Notes under the pieces: model-generated | The model's input: the letters and a program-made list of their open reading frames with translations, nothing else | What the model was told of the DNA's origin: nothing | Databases searched by the model: none | From: Promethearchaeota archaeon | Lineage (GTDB): Archaea; Asgardarchaeota; Lokiarchaeia; Sigyniarchaeales; SOKP01 | Reading direction: 5' to 3' | NCBI GenBank assembly: GCA_030606485.1 | Contig: JAUWGH010000013.1 | Coordinates: forward strand, 8,162 to 40,161 | Length of the DNA stretch: 32,000 nt | Position numbers and translations under genes: made by a program | Shown: positions 1 through 9,305 of the stretch, piece after piece | Layout: the number at the start of each line of letters is the position of its first letter | How positions within the stretch are numbered: the first letter of the stretch is position 1

Positions 1-579
1 CAATTGGACCCTGATGGCTATAATATTATTGATAATTATATAAGTGATCTTGGATCATTTAATCACACTCCTATACCTTATTTTTTGGACTATGGAGCGA
101 TGATTTCAGCTTTTTTATTAATCCCCATTATATTTTATATGGAAAAACAATTTGCGCCACTCCCAAAGGATGCAAAAGATTTACAAAATTATTCTCGAAT
201 GAGATTTCGATTAAGTAGTCTCGGTTTTCTATCTATGCTTATTGGAGTAGTGGGATTTTTTGGGATTGGATTATTTTCCGAAGATCGTACAACACCATTG
301 GGTTTACATATGATATTTTCGATTATTGTATTTAGTGGGTTTGTAATTGCCGGAATTTTTTTTGGATTATTAATCACATTTTATCCTACAAGGATTCCAA
401 GACCAATTGGGATATTTATGATTTTTGGACCCCCCATTGTAGCAATAATATTTTTATTAAATTTTCCCCCATCAAAACCATTTTGGGAGTGGATGATTAT
501 GTTTTCGATATTTATTTGGATAATTCCAGTTGGAATAATATTAATTAAAAAAATAAGTAAAGAATTGGCTTTAAAATAA
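1..579 (+). CDS. DUF998-family integral membrane protein, 5'-truncated by the window edge
   Basis: Frame is open from base 1 (caa ttg gac...). Motif GYNIIDNYISDLGS resembles the DUF998 Y..N.ISDLG signature and is followed by several hydrophobic helices. TAA at 577-579. Confidence 0.65.
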   Translation, partial: QLDPDGYNIIDNYISDLGSFNHTPIPYFLDYGAMISAFLLIPIIFYMEKQFAPLPKDAKDLQNYSRMRFRLSSLGFLSMLIGVVGFFGIGLFSEDRTTPLGLHMIFSIIVFSGFVIAGIFFGLLITFYPTRIPRPIGIFMIFGPPIVAIIFLLNFPPSKPFWEWMIMFSIFIWIIPVGIILIKKISKELALK

Positions 580-608
580 TTAAAATTAGCCATTTATGTT
601 TTAAATTG

Positions 609-1289
609 TTAAGTTGATTCAGGTGTGCCTTTCTTAAAGGGTTTTAAGCGGGGAAATCCTTTTTCAATCATATTGATAATGTTGCCGTAATTTCTATTAA
701 ATTCGATTTCAATTTCATCATAAGGAAAATCAATATATACGCCCCTATCTCCGACATATTCTACGAAAATATTTCCATTAACATCATAAGGAGCCAAAAG
801 TCCGTCATTTTCACCATCAAATTCAACCATTGGTAAAAATCCAGCTTTAAGGGCAGTATTTTTATCAAAAACGGGAGTAGCCTTAACCCATTTACCATTA
901 AGATAGAGTTCAGAATATCCATGAAAATAAAATACATTTGTCCCCATTAATTCCACAATTCTTTTAGGAACTAGATGATTTATGATGTCCACTATATGAA
1001 GTTTAGCTGGTATCCCGACAGCTCTCGCTAATGTAGATAATAAAATCGCCTTAGACACACAAAATCCGTTCATTCGGCGAATAGTTATACTTGCCTTGAA
1101 ATTATTTTTACGCATGTAAAATGCCATCATGTTATATTTTATTTTATCTCTAACCCAATAAAAAAGAGCAATCGCTTTCTCTTTATCAGTTTTTAAACCT
1201 TTTGTGATTTCAAGGGCTTTCTCTCTAACATTGCGCTTATTAAAATTGAAAAATTCAGTTGGTTGTAAATATTGTTCTAATTTATTCAT
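609..1289 (-). CDS. Transglutaminase-like (cysteine protease fold) domain protein
   Basis: ALFYWVRDKIKY, GFCVSKAILLSTLARAVGIPA (catalytic Cys) and FHGYSELYLNGKWVKATP (catalytic His). Confidence 0.85.
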   Translation of the reverse strand: MNKLEQYLQPTEFFNFNKRNVREKALEITKGLKTDKEKAIALFYWVRDKIKYNMMAFYMRKNNFKASITIRRMNGFCVSKAILLSTLARAVGIPAKLHIVDIINHLVPKRIVELMGTNVFYFHGYSELYLNGKWVKATPVFDKNTALKAGFLPMVEFDGENDGLLAPYDVNGNIFVEYVGDRGVYIDFPYDEIEIEFNRNYGNIINMIEKGFPRLKPFKKGTPEST

Positions 1290-1344
1290 AACCTGATTTA
1301 TTATATTGTGAATAAAAAATAAATATTATTAATATTTTTAGTAA

Positions 1345-1360
1345 TTGCTTAGTTAAGCAA
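1345..1360. promoter_or_regulatory. Palindrome TTGCTTA-GT-TAAGCAA; possible operator or terminator hairpin
   Basis: Perfect 7-bp inverted repeat between the dehydrogenase stop (1373) and the transglutaminase start (1289). Confidence 0.3.
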
Positions 1361-1372
1361 AATTAAATAATT

Positions 1373-3229
1373 TTAATGATCCTGCAATAAATGTTGAAGA
1401 TATCGTTGAGCAATCAGGTCTGAACTAACTTTACCTAAAACCTTTCCTTCTTTAACAACTGGTATAGCTGAAATTTGATATTGTTCAAACTCTCGTACAA
1501 TATCTAGAATAGTAAAATCTGGAGAGGCTGTAATAACATCCTTTGTCATTATTTTATCAAGATTAACATCACCAACTTCATCAGCATTAGATTTAGTAAT
1601 ATCCCATACAGTTACCACTCCTACAAGCTTATCTTCAGAAAGTACAGCAATAATACTGCTATTTTTTTCAATGATCAATGTAGAAGCCTCTTGTATATTG
1701 CTATTAACATCAATGGTTGGTATTGGAATCATGATATCTTTCGCTGTGCGCTCACTTTCTTTTGCGGTGAGACGTTGAAGGCTGATACGCTCAGCGGCTA
1801 CACAAGGGAGCATATCTGGGTGTGATACTAATAAATCAACCAATTCTATCATGTTATTATGAATAACATTTTCTCTATATTCCTCTCCTGCTTTCAAACG
1901 TTGTTTTGAAAGTTCAACAAATTCTTTAGTGTGATCTGTTAGCCATTTTTCCACTGCTTCACGATCACCTAACATTTCCTCGGGAACTTGTAAATAGTCT
2001 GGTGTCTTTACAATATGTTCTTGCGCAGCAAAAATTACACCACCTGAATTTACCAAATAATCATTTGCTATCATTACTCCCTTTTCACGATACACAATTT
2101 GTTCCATGCGGGTCCGAGCAGCTTTTCTATTTGGATCTGGGGAGTAAGTATTTGCGCCTTCAATAATTACTGTCCAGTTTCCCACATGATCAACTGTTGT
2201 TGATGCATTTTCAGATGGATGAACACCCAGATAATTAAATATAGGAGCGGCAGGCACTAAACAAAAAGCATTTTCAAGAAGTAAATTATTTGAATTTGTA
2301 GAAAATTTAGTAGGATGCTTATATCCCTCCAATATTATATTTTCTTTAAAATAAGCATTAGTAACTAACCTCTGTTCTCTCCATAATTTGAAAAGGTCCT
2401 CAATTGGAAGGCCAGATTTATTATATAAATAACCCTCCAAATCACTTATACCTATTATTTTGGCTTCAGGAATCCGCTCTTTCAAAATACGTGCTGCATG
2501 TGCGCCAACAGCACCAAAACCTTGTATTAATATTTCAAGATCTTTAGATTCTGGAATTTCTAAATTTACAAATTGTGGAAGCACTCTCAACCTGGGCATT
2601 ATTTCCAGTAATGTCTGCAGAGCAATTATTACACCCCCAGCAGCAGCTCCAAGTTCATCAATTCTGTTGCCACCCATATCAGCAGGTTTAGATACAGCAA
2701 AATCCAATCCATTTTCTATAGCAATAGTCTTCATATCAGCATCATTAGTACCAACATCAGGTCCCGGCACATAAACATCTCGATAACGGCGAATTAAGCG
2801 AGCAATGCCTCGTACCACTTCAACATGTTCCTCAGGTGAGAGATTGCTTTCAGCTACAATCCCTAATTTTCCACCGCCATAGGGAAGATTAGCAGCTCCA
2901 TTTTTTAAAGTCATACCTCGCGCTAAATTATAAATATCAGAGGGACTAACATCCGGCAACATTCTAATACCACCCATTGACGGGCGCCCCATTGAAAGGT
3001 TATCAACTACTAAATACCCACCAATTTCTAATTCTGATCTCTCATCCCATATACATGCAACAAGATCCGGACCAATTTTATCGCAAACAATTCCTATGCT
3101 GGATAAAAGATGTTCATCTGTATGACTAAATTCCAAATAACATTTCCCATCCTCTTTTTTAAGCCGATTCATAATAGCTGCCTTCGGAAGATGAGAACGA
3201 AGATAAGCGTCCATTTTTTTTGGAATCAT
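1373..3229 (-). CDS. Glu/Leu/Phe/Val dehydrogenase-family protein with a C-terminal CBS pair
   Basis: GGIRM, LARGMTLKN, LPYGGGK (catalytic Lys), GPDVGT, Rossmann GFGAVG, IIEGAN, DYLVNSGGVI. The last ~125 aa show the CBS pattern (TAKDIM...KLVGVVTVWDI; KIMTKDVIT...AIPVVKEGKVLGKVS). Confidence 0.9.
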   Translation of the reverse strand: MIPKKMDAYLRSHLPKAAIMNRLKKEDGKCYLEFSHTDEHLLSSIGIVCDKIGPDLVACIWDERSELEIGGYLVVDNLSMGRPSMGGIRMLPDVSPSDIYNLARGMTLKNGAANLPYGGGKLGIVAESNLSPEEHVEVVRGIARLIRRYRDVYVPGPDVGTNDADMKTIAIENGLDFAVSKPADMGGNRIDELGAAAGGVIIALQTLLEIMPRLRVLPQFVNLEIPESKDLEILIQGFGAVGAHAARILKERIPEAKIIGISDLEGYLYNKSGLPIEDLFKLWREQRLVTNAYFKENIILEGYKHPTKFSTNSNNLLLENAFCLVPAAPIFNYLGVHPSENASTTVDHVGNWTVIIEGANTYSPDPNRKAARTRMEQIVYREKGVMIANDYLVNSGGVIFAAQEHIVKTPDYLQVPEEMLGDREAVEKWLTDHTKEFVELSKQRLKAGEEYRENVIHNNMIELVDLLVSHPDMLPCVAAERISLQRLTAKESERTAKDIMIPIPTIDVNSNIQEASTLIIEKNSSIIAVLSEDKLVGVVTVWDITKSNADEVGDVNLDKIMTKDVITASPDFTILDIVREFEQYQISAIPVVKEGKVLGKVSSDLIAQRYLQHLLQDH

Positions 3230-3252
3230 GATTTGTTTCCCTCTATGATAAT

Positions 3253-3306
3253 TTATTTGTCAAATAAGATATGATGAATGATCTATGCAACTTCTTTATA
3301 GATCAT
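3253..3306. promoter_or_regulatory. Two inverted repeats upstream of the dehydrogenase-CBS gene
   Basis: TTATTTG-T-CAAATAA at 3253-3267 and ATGATCTAT-N11-ATAGATCAT at 3278-3306. Confidence 0.35.
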
Positions 3307-3393
3307 AATATTTGAATATAATTACTTTTTTTATATTTACTGATATGGATTATAATAATTTTAAAATTTTTCTTTAAAAAAAAATTAAAATAG

Positions 3394-3519
3394 TTAATTC
3401 CCCCAAACTCCTTGTAGAACAGAATCGACATTACGACTGTAAGCATGTCGCATATAAATATCAGCAGAGATAAATCTTTCTGAAACGATTTTTTTTAATT
3501 TTTGATATACTTCAGACAT
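3394..3519 (-). pseudogene. 41-codon remnant of an FAD-binding oxidoreductase paralog (not in the ORF track)
   Basis: Manual translation MSEVYQKLKKIVSERFISADIYMRHAYSRNVDSVLQGVWGN* matches the N-terminus of 4806..6320 at 23 of 33 aligned residues. An exact 20-bp match links 3428-3447 and 6232-6251. SD-like AAGGA lies upstream. Confidence 0.85.
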
Positions 3520-3578
3520 ATTTCATTCCTTAGAAAAATCTTAAAAAATTTTAAAAAATAAAATTTGATTTAAATATT

Positions 3579-4805
3579 TTATATTTTTGTAGCAATGTAA
3601 TCAATGATATCTAATACTTTCATATTTGTTTTTTCTTTTTTTACACTATCTGCTAAATTTCCAACGCAAAATGGACATTCTGTAAGCAATATATCTATAC
3701 CAGACTCAACTGCCTCATCAATCCTATCTTTTGCAATATCCAAAGCTAATTCAGGAAATTGACTTTTTACTCCACCTCCAGCGCCGCAACACCAGGCATT
3801 ATTTCTATTTCGCCTTAATTCAATCATTTCTGTATTTGGTATTTTCACAATAACTTCTCGAGGTGGCTCGTAAAAATCCATATGCCGACCTAAATGACAA
3901 GGGTCATGATAGGCAACTTTTATTGCTTCTATATCCTTTTCAGGAATTTTTAAACTTCCATCGTTGATTAGATCTAAGAGAACTTCTGTAACATTAACAA
4001 CTTCAAAAGGCAAATCTTGACCGAATATTTCAGGCCAGTCCTTTTTTAAAGTCCTATAACATCCTGCACATGCTACAAATACCTTTTTTGCACCAGTTTT
4101 TTTAATTTGCTCAAGATTGTGCTCAATATTCGGCTTTACAGATTCAATATCACCAATACGTATTGCAATAGAACCACAACACCATTCATCTTCTATAACA
4201 GCAAATTCTTTTCCTGCCGAATTAAAAATTTTGGCTAGATTTAATAAGGTTTCCTTTTGTCTTAGAGGTTCAGTACAGCCAGCATAAAAAGTGATATCCC
4301 CCATTTTAGAAACACCTTTAACATCATTGAGCCACTCAAACTTTTTCGCTTTAGGTTCACCATAAGGATTTCGCATATCCGGATTATTCATATATTCAAT
4401 TAATTTGGCATGTCGATCCAATGGTGCAAAACCTGCTTTAATTAAATCTTGCCTTAAAGCATGCCATACCTCTACATGATCAATCCATTTTGAAGTATTT
4501 AGAACAATATATGGATTATGCGTTTCATGACACGTGTCTGTACATGAACCGCATTCAGAACATTGATAAGCAAATTCTGCCAGCTCCTTACTCAAATCGA
4601 GGTTTCCTTCTAAAATACTTTTAAGAACATTCATTCTACCTCGGGCAAACCAAATTTCAAAACCTTCTTCTCCTTTTGCTTCTTTTACAGGACAAACTAA
4701 ATATCTCCCCACCGCTGGTCTTACGGCAAAACCACAATCACCACACCCCATGCAGGACATTATGGCTTCCCATTGTTTTTTTAAATTTTCTATTTTGCTC
4801 ATCAT
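3579..4805 (-). CDS. (Fe-S)-binding protein, HdrD/GlcF/GlpC-like, with two 4Fe-4S motifs and two CCG domains
   Basis: CMGCGDC...CP, CSECGSCTDTC, YAGC/WCCGS/ACAGC, YHDPCHLGRH/WCCGAGGG/ECPFC. ATG abuts the upstream TAA (TAAATG). Confidence 0.9.
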   Translation of the reverse strand: MMSKIENLKKQWEAIMSCMGCGDCGFAVRPAVGRYLVCPVKEAKGEEGFEIWFARGRMNVLKSILEGNLDLSKELAEFAYQCSECGSCTDTCHETHNPYIVLNTSKWIDHVEVWHALRQDLIKAGFAPLDRHAKLIEYMNNPDMRNPYGEPKAKKFEWLNDVKGVSKMGDITFYAGCTEPLRQKETLLNLAKIFNSAGKEFAVIEDEWCCGSIAIRIGDIESVKPNIEHNLEQIKKTGAKKVFVACAGCYRTLKKDWPEIFGQDLPFEVVNVTEVLLDLINDGSLKIPEKDIEAIKVAYHDPCHLGRHMDFYEPPREVIVKIPNTEMIELRRNRNNAWCCGAGGGVKSQFPELALDIAKDRIDEAVESGIDILLTECPFCVGNLADSVKKEKTNMKVLDIIDYIATKI

Positions 4806-6320
4806 TTAATCATCCTCCCAAAAATTAAATTTCCCACGACTTAAAATCATGTGTGGATCGAGGGTTTTTTTAATAGATTTCATAAGGTTATAATATTCAG
4901 AAGTATAGGCGCCAATTTCAACCATAAGACGAGAGGGAATGCTACCCATCATATAAAATTGGACTCCATGTTTTAAAACCAAGGTTAAAAATGATTTCCA
5001 TAATTTAAGATTGATATCTTTGATAATTTCATGGTATTCTCCATCATGATAACAACCAAAAGTGGTAAATCCGCAAGTTAATTCTACATTATTACCATCA
5101 ACCAATGGAACAACTCCAGTTCCACTAATTGGACGAAATCCCGCTATTTTCTCGATTTTTTTCATGTTTTCTTCATTTTCCATATCCCATACTTCGATAT
5201 CTTTGAGAATTTTAGGAAAAGAATTTATTGGTGTAAAGCATTCCGTGGTAATATTTTCAAAAGCAGGTATAATCCCCCAGCAATTATGATATGTCTGCCA
5301 TTGTCCTTCGGTATAGTGCCATTTGGCAAAATTCCCATTAGACATTTCTGGACCTAAATCTTCACACTTTTTATTCAAAAAAATTTTATCTAGTTGTTTT
5401 ACTTTTTCTTCTAATTCTTGTTCAGAATTTGCTTCTACGACATAAAAGACTATACCCCTTTTTCTTTTTAGATGCTCAAACATTGGATACATTCCGAATG
5501 TATTAGTGCCAAGTTTTATGAGGATTTCATCAATATACATGGCGTCATAAACATCTATTCCTTTTTGTCTTATTTCAGTATAAATTTGAGCAACAACGTC
5601 AGCTGAATTCCGCGGACACAAGAATGTTTTATAATTCGCAAAGGGAGGTTTTGGAAATACTTGTAAGGAAACCTTAGTTTTAACACCATAAATTCCGTTA
5701 TCTCCACAAAATAGTCCTGCCAGATCAGGCCCGTTGCCAAATCTGTTGAAGGGAAACTTTGAAAATTTATTTGCTTGAGATCCTGTCTCAATTATTTCAC
5801 CTGTGGGAAGGACTACTTCCAAAGAGACGAGTTGGTTTGTGCAAGCTCCATATTTAGCGCACCCACCAGCACCCACAGAGTGATGAGAGATTCCACCACC
5901 AATTGAAGCAGTTAAACCACTTCCTGGACCCATACAACCAGTATAAAGTCCAAACCGAGATAAATATTCATTTAATTTTCCCCATGAAATTCCAGCCTCT
6001 ACCGTGCAAATAAGATTCTCTTCATCGAGATTCACGACATTATCCATTCTTTTCATATCTAAGATAATTCCAACATCTCCAGTTGCTATACTTCCTCCCC
6101 ATTCACAATCTCCACCACCACGTGGTATAACGGGAATATTTTCTTCATTGGCCACTTTTAGGATTTCTGATATTTCCTTAGCATCTTTTGGTCTAACTAC
6201 ATATTCTGGAACGCCTTGTAAATCCGGATGTACATTACGACTGTAAGCATGGCGCACGTAAATATCATCGGAAGCAAATTTTTGAGAAACAATATTTTGT
6301 AATTTTTGTATTAAAGTCAT
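4806..6320 (-). CDS. FAD-binding oxidoreductase (VAO/PCMH fold, FAD_binding_4)
   Basis: VVRPK, IPVIPRGGG, ILDMKRMDNVV, CTVEAGI, SLEVVLPTG, GDNGIYGVKTKV; C-terminal LDPHMILSRGK. Confidence 0.9.
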   Translation of the reverse strand: MTLIQKLQNIVSQKFASDDIYVRHAYSRNVHPDLQGVPEYVVRPKDAKEISEILKVANEENIPVIPRGGGDCEWGGSIATGDVGIILDMKRMDNVVNLDEENLICTVEAGISWGKLNEYLSRFGLYTGCMGPGSGLTASIGGGISHHSVGAGGCAKYGACTNQLVSLEVVLPTGEIIETGSQANKFSKFPFNRFGNGPDLAGLFCGDNGIYGVKTKVSLQVFPKPPFANYKTFLCPRNSADVVAQIYTEIRQKGIDVYDAMYIDEILIKLGTNTFGMYPMFEHLKRKRGIVFYVVEANSEQELEEKVKQLDKIFLNKKCEDLGPEMSNGNFAKWHYTEGQWQTYHNCWGIIPAFENITTECFTPINSFPKILKDIEVWDMENEENMKKIEKIAGFRPISGTGVVPLVDGNNVELTCGFTTFGCYHDGEYHEIIKDINLKLWKSFLTLVLKHGVQFYMMGSIPSRLMVEIGAYTSEYYNLMKSIKKTLDPHMILSRGKFNFWEDD

Positions 6321-6323
6321 AAT

Positions 6324-6360
6324 TATAAGATTAGATAAAAAGAAATAAAAGGTTTAATTT
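6324..6360 (+). repeat. 37-bp imperfect direct repeat, copy 1
   Basis: tataagattagataaaaagaaataaaaggtttaattt; 33/37 identical to 10243-10279, with the first 15 bp exact. Confidence 0.75.
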
Positions 6361-6674
6361 TTTAAAAAATATTTTTCAATTTATTCAGGATGGTTTGTAT
6401 CTATGCAGAAAAAGAAAGTTGTTTTTTTTTGTATAAACAGAGAAGCCAATTATCATTATATGTTGTTTGAATTATTGTTTCTATGAAAGAAAAGATTCTT
6501 ATAATTTTGGATAAGGGGATCTAAATATATGGTAGTTAAGGAAATGATCGTATGATGAATCTTCTTTTTATTAGATTTGTAGGAAAAATTTATATTTTTA
6601 TATAATGTGCCATCAATGTATTCTTTATTCGAAAAGATCTAATATTAATTTTTAAATAAAAATTGCTGATATAA

Positions 6675-7814
6675 ATGACAATTGAGAATTTGGAAAGTAA
6701 CGAATCTGAATTAGGTGTATATAGGCAGTTACAGCAAACCCTTGATGAGATGCCTAAAGGATTCCCTTCAACAAAATCGGGTGTAGAAATACGTTTATTA
6801 AAAAGGCTTTTTACTCCTGAAGAGGCGAAAATCGCTTCAAAATTAAAATTTCACTGGAAAGATTGGGAATCGTTAGAGAATATTTACAAGAGGTTGAAAC
6901 CGTTAGGGTATTCGAAAGAAGAACTAGAAAACCATTTAGATAGTATGATTAATAAAGGAGCTATATGGGGTAGGAAAGAAGGTGATAAAAAATTATACAG
7001 TCTTGCATTGCTAATTATAGGAATATACGAATTTCAAGTAAATAAATTAACAAAAGAATTTCTTGAAGATTTCAATCAATATATGCAAGAAGCTTGGGGG
7101 GAAAATGCACAAAAAATAGCTATTCCTCAAATGCGAACAATACCAATTGGATTAAATCTTGAACACGATATTGGAATTGCTAATTATAATGACATAAAAC
7201 AGCTTTTTGAAAATGTTGAGGGGCCATTTTCAATAATTAATTGTATTTGCCGTCAAGAAATGGATCTCTTAGGTGACCCATGCCAAATTACTTCACGAAG
7301 AGAAGTGTGTATGGCATTTGGTTCTATGGCTAAATCATATAACGATGCAGGTTGGGGGCGTGAAATCACTAAGGAAGAAGCTCTTGAAATTTTAAAGAAA
7401 AATGAAGAAGAAGGGTTAATTTTTCGACCGGGGAATTCACAGAAAATTGATTTTCTATGCTCATGTTGTACCTGTTGTTGTGGTGGAATAAAAGGTTTAA
7501 AACAGCTACCGAATCCAGCAGATTTTGTAACATCAGATTATTATGCTGAGGTTGATCCTGATTTATGTACTGGATGTGGAACTTGTATTGATCGTTGTCA
7601 AATGGATGCAATTTCACTAGTAGAAGATATTTCTATAGTAAATCGAAAACGCTGTATTGGTTGTGGAAATTGTGTGTTTGTTTGCAACGATGATGCCGTC
7701 CAGCTCAAAAAAAAAGATAGACAACATGTACCACCAATGACAGGAACGGACTTATATGATGAGATTACTAAGGTAGAGTCTAAATTAAAAGCGAGAGAAT
7801 TATTAAAGAAATAA
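6675..7814 (+). CDS. 4Fe-4S-binding protein with a Cys-rich central domain and C-terminal 2x[4Fe-4S] ferredoxin domain
   Basis: CICRQ...C...VCMAF, FLCSCCTCCC, CTGCGTCIDRC, CIGCGNCVFVC. Confidence 0.85.
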   Translation: MTIENLESNESELGVYRQLQQTLDEMPKGFPSTKSGVEIRLLKRLFTPEEAKIASKLKFHWKDWESLENIYKRLKPLGYSKEELENHLDSMINKGAIWGRKEGDKKLYSLALLIIGIYEFQVNKLTKEFLEDFNQYMQEAWGENAQKIAIPQMRTIPIGLNLEHDIGIANYNDIKQLFENVEGPFSIINCICRQEMDLLGDPCQITSRREVCMAFGSMAKSYNDAGWGREITKEEALEILKKNEEEGLIFRPGNSQKIDFLCSCCTCCCGGIKGLKQLPNPADFVTSDYYAEVDPDLCTGCGTCIDRCQMDAISLVEDISIVNRKRCIGCGNCVFVCNDDAVQLKKKDRQHVPPMTGTDLYDEITKVESKLKARELLKK

Positions 7815-7983
7815 AGACGAGAAAAAAGAGCTGTAAGATAATAGCTAATATTCCTATTGAACGATCAATTTTTTTTAAAGAAAGTTAAATTCTTTAACTG
7901 GTAATCTTAAAGATAATGGATAAATATAATATCTTTAATTTTTCCTATATAAACAAAAATAATAAATTTTAGAAGGTTAAGTA

Positions 7984-9204
7984 ATGAACGTTTTAGCATT
8001 AGGTGGATGTGGGGATATGGGGAGAATGGTAGTTGCTATTCTTCTTGAATCCCCCAAAATTTCATTAATAACTATAGCTGATAAAAATTATGAGCTTGCG
8101 AAAACAATTGTTGAGATGATCGGTTCAGATAAATTATCTGCATTTGAAATTGATGTAAATGACAGTGAAAAACTATTTAATTTGATAGCGTCGCATGATA
8201 TTGTGATGAATACTGTAGGTCCTTTTTATAAATTTGCGAAAATGATTTTAGAAGCTTGTATAAAAGCTAAAAAGCCATATATAGATATTTGTGATGATTG
8301 GAAACCGACTTTAGATTTACTGGATATGGATGAAAAAGCAAAGACTGCTGGAATCTCCGCTATTATCGGGATAGGTGCAAGTCCAGGTATTACTAATCTC
8401 TTAGCTGTTCTTGCTTGCTCTAAGCTTGATGAAGTAGACGAGTTAATAACTGCATGGGGTTTTAGTGAAGGAAAAGAAGGAAAAAGACCTCGGTATTATG
8501 TTACAGGAAAAATGCTAAAGAAAAAATTAGGTCCTCCTCCTGAAAGAGCCAATGCCGCCGTAGAGCATCTTCTTTTCGAGACTCTTGAAAAAATTCCAAC
8601 TTTTAAAAATGGAAAAATCATCGAAATTGACGCACTTACCGAAGCTGAACCGCTTCAATTTCCTGGTTTTAAAGATACTTATGTATGTCACATTGGGCAC
8701 CCAGAAACAGTCACGCTACCAAGAATAATTAAAGCTAAAACAATATCACTGGTGATGTTTTTGGGAGAAACAGCCACTGATCTTACCCGTGAATACCGCC
8801 AGAAAATATTGGAAAAAAAACTAACTATAACCGAAGCCGCAATTGTGTTAGATAGAGAATTTAAAAATTTAATAAAGCGTGCTAGAATGGGACGAGCCCC
8901 AATAAAAGAATACATTGGAATGCCTCCAAGTTTATGTGTCATTGCCACTGGTACGAAAGATGGAAAAAGAAAAAAAGTTGCAATCGCACTTGGTCGCAAT
9001 CCTTACGATGAGATGGCAGGTTTAACAGGTGTTCCATTAGCAATCGCAACAATCATGATGATTGAAGGCAAAATTAAAGGAAAAGGGGTTCTTACACCCG
9101 AAGAATCAATTGATCCTGATGAATTTTTCGATAAACTTGCTCCTTATTGTGGAAAAAATCTTATGGGAAAAGATATTTTACTTAAAAGGGAAGTTGAACT
9201 TTAA
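7984..9204 (+). CDS. Saccharopine dehydrogenase-family NAD(P)-dependent oxidoreductase
   Basis: N-terminal Rossmann LALGGCGDMG, VMNTVGPFYKF, PYIDICDD, GIGASPGITNLLA; C-terminal GKGVLTPEE. Confidence 0.85.
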   Translation: MNVLALGGCGDMGRMVVAILLESPKISLITIADKNYELAKTIVEMIGSDKLSAFEIDVNDSEKLFNLIASHDIVMNTVGPFYKFAKMILEACIKAKKPYIDICDDWKPTLDLLDMDEKAKTAGISAIIGIGASPGITNLLAVLACSKLDEVDELITAWGFSEGKEGKRPRYYVTGKMLKKKLGPPPERANAAVEHLLFETLEKIPTFKNGKIIEIDALTEAEPLQFPGFKDTYVCHIGHPETVTLPRIIKAKTISLVMFLGETATDLTREYRQKILEKKLTITEAAIVLDREFKNLIKRARMGRAPIKEYIGMPPSLCVIATGTKDGKRKKVAIALGRNPYDEMAGLTGVPLAIATIMMIEGKIKGKGVLTPEESIDPDEFFDKLAPYCGKNLMGKDILLKREVEL

Positions 9205-9305
9205 TTTTTAATTTTTTAAAAATTCTTGATATTGAAAAAACGTTAATTAAATTAATATTATTACAATTAGAGAAAATAATTTAATGAAAATGTTGGATAA
9301 TTAAT

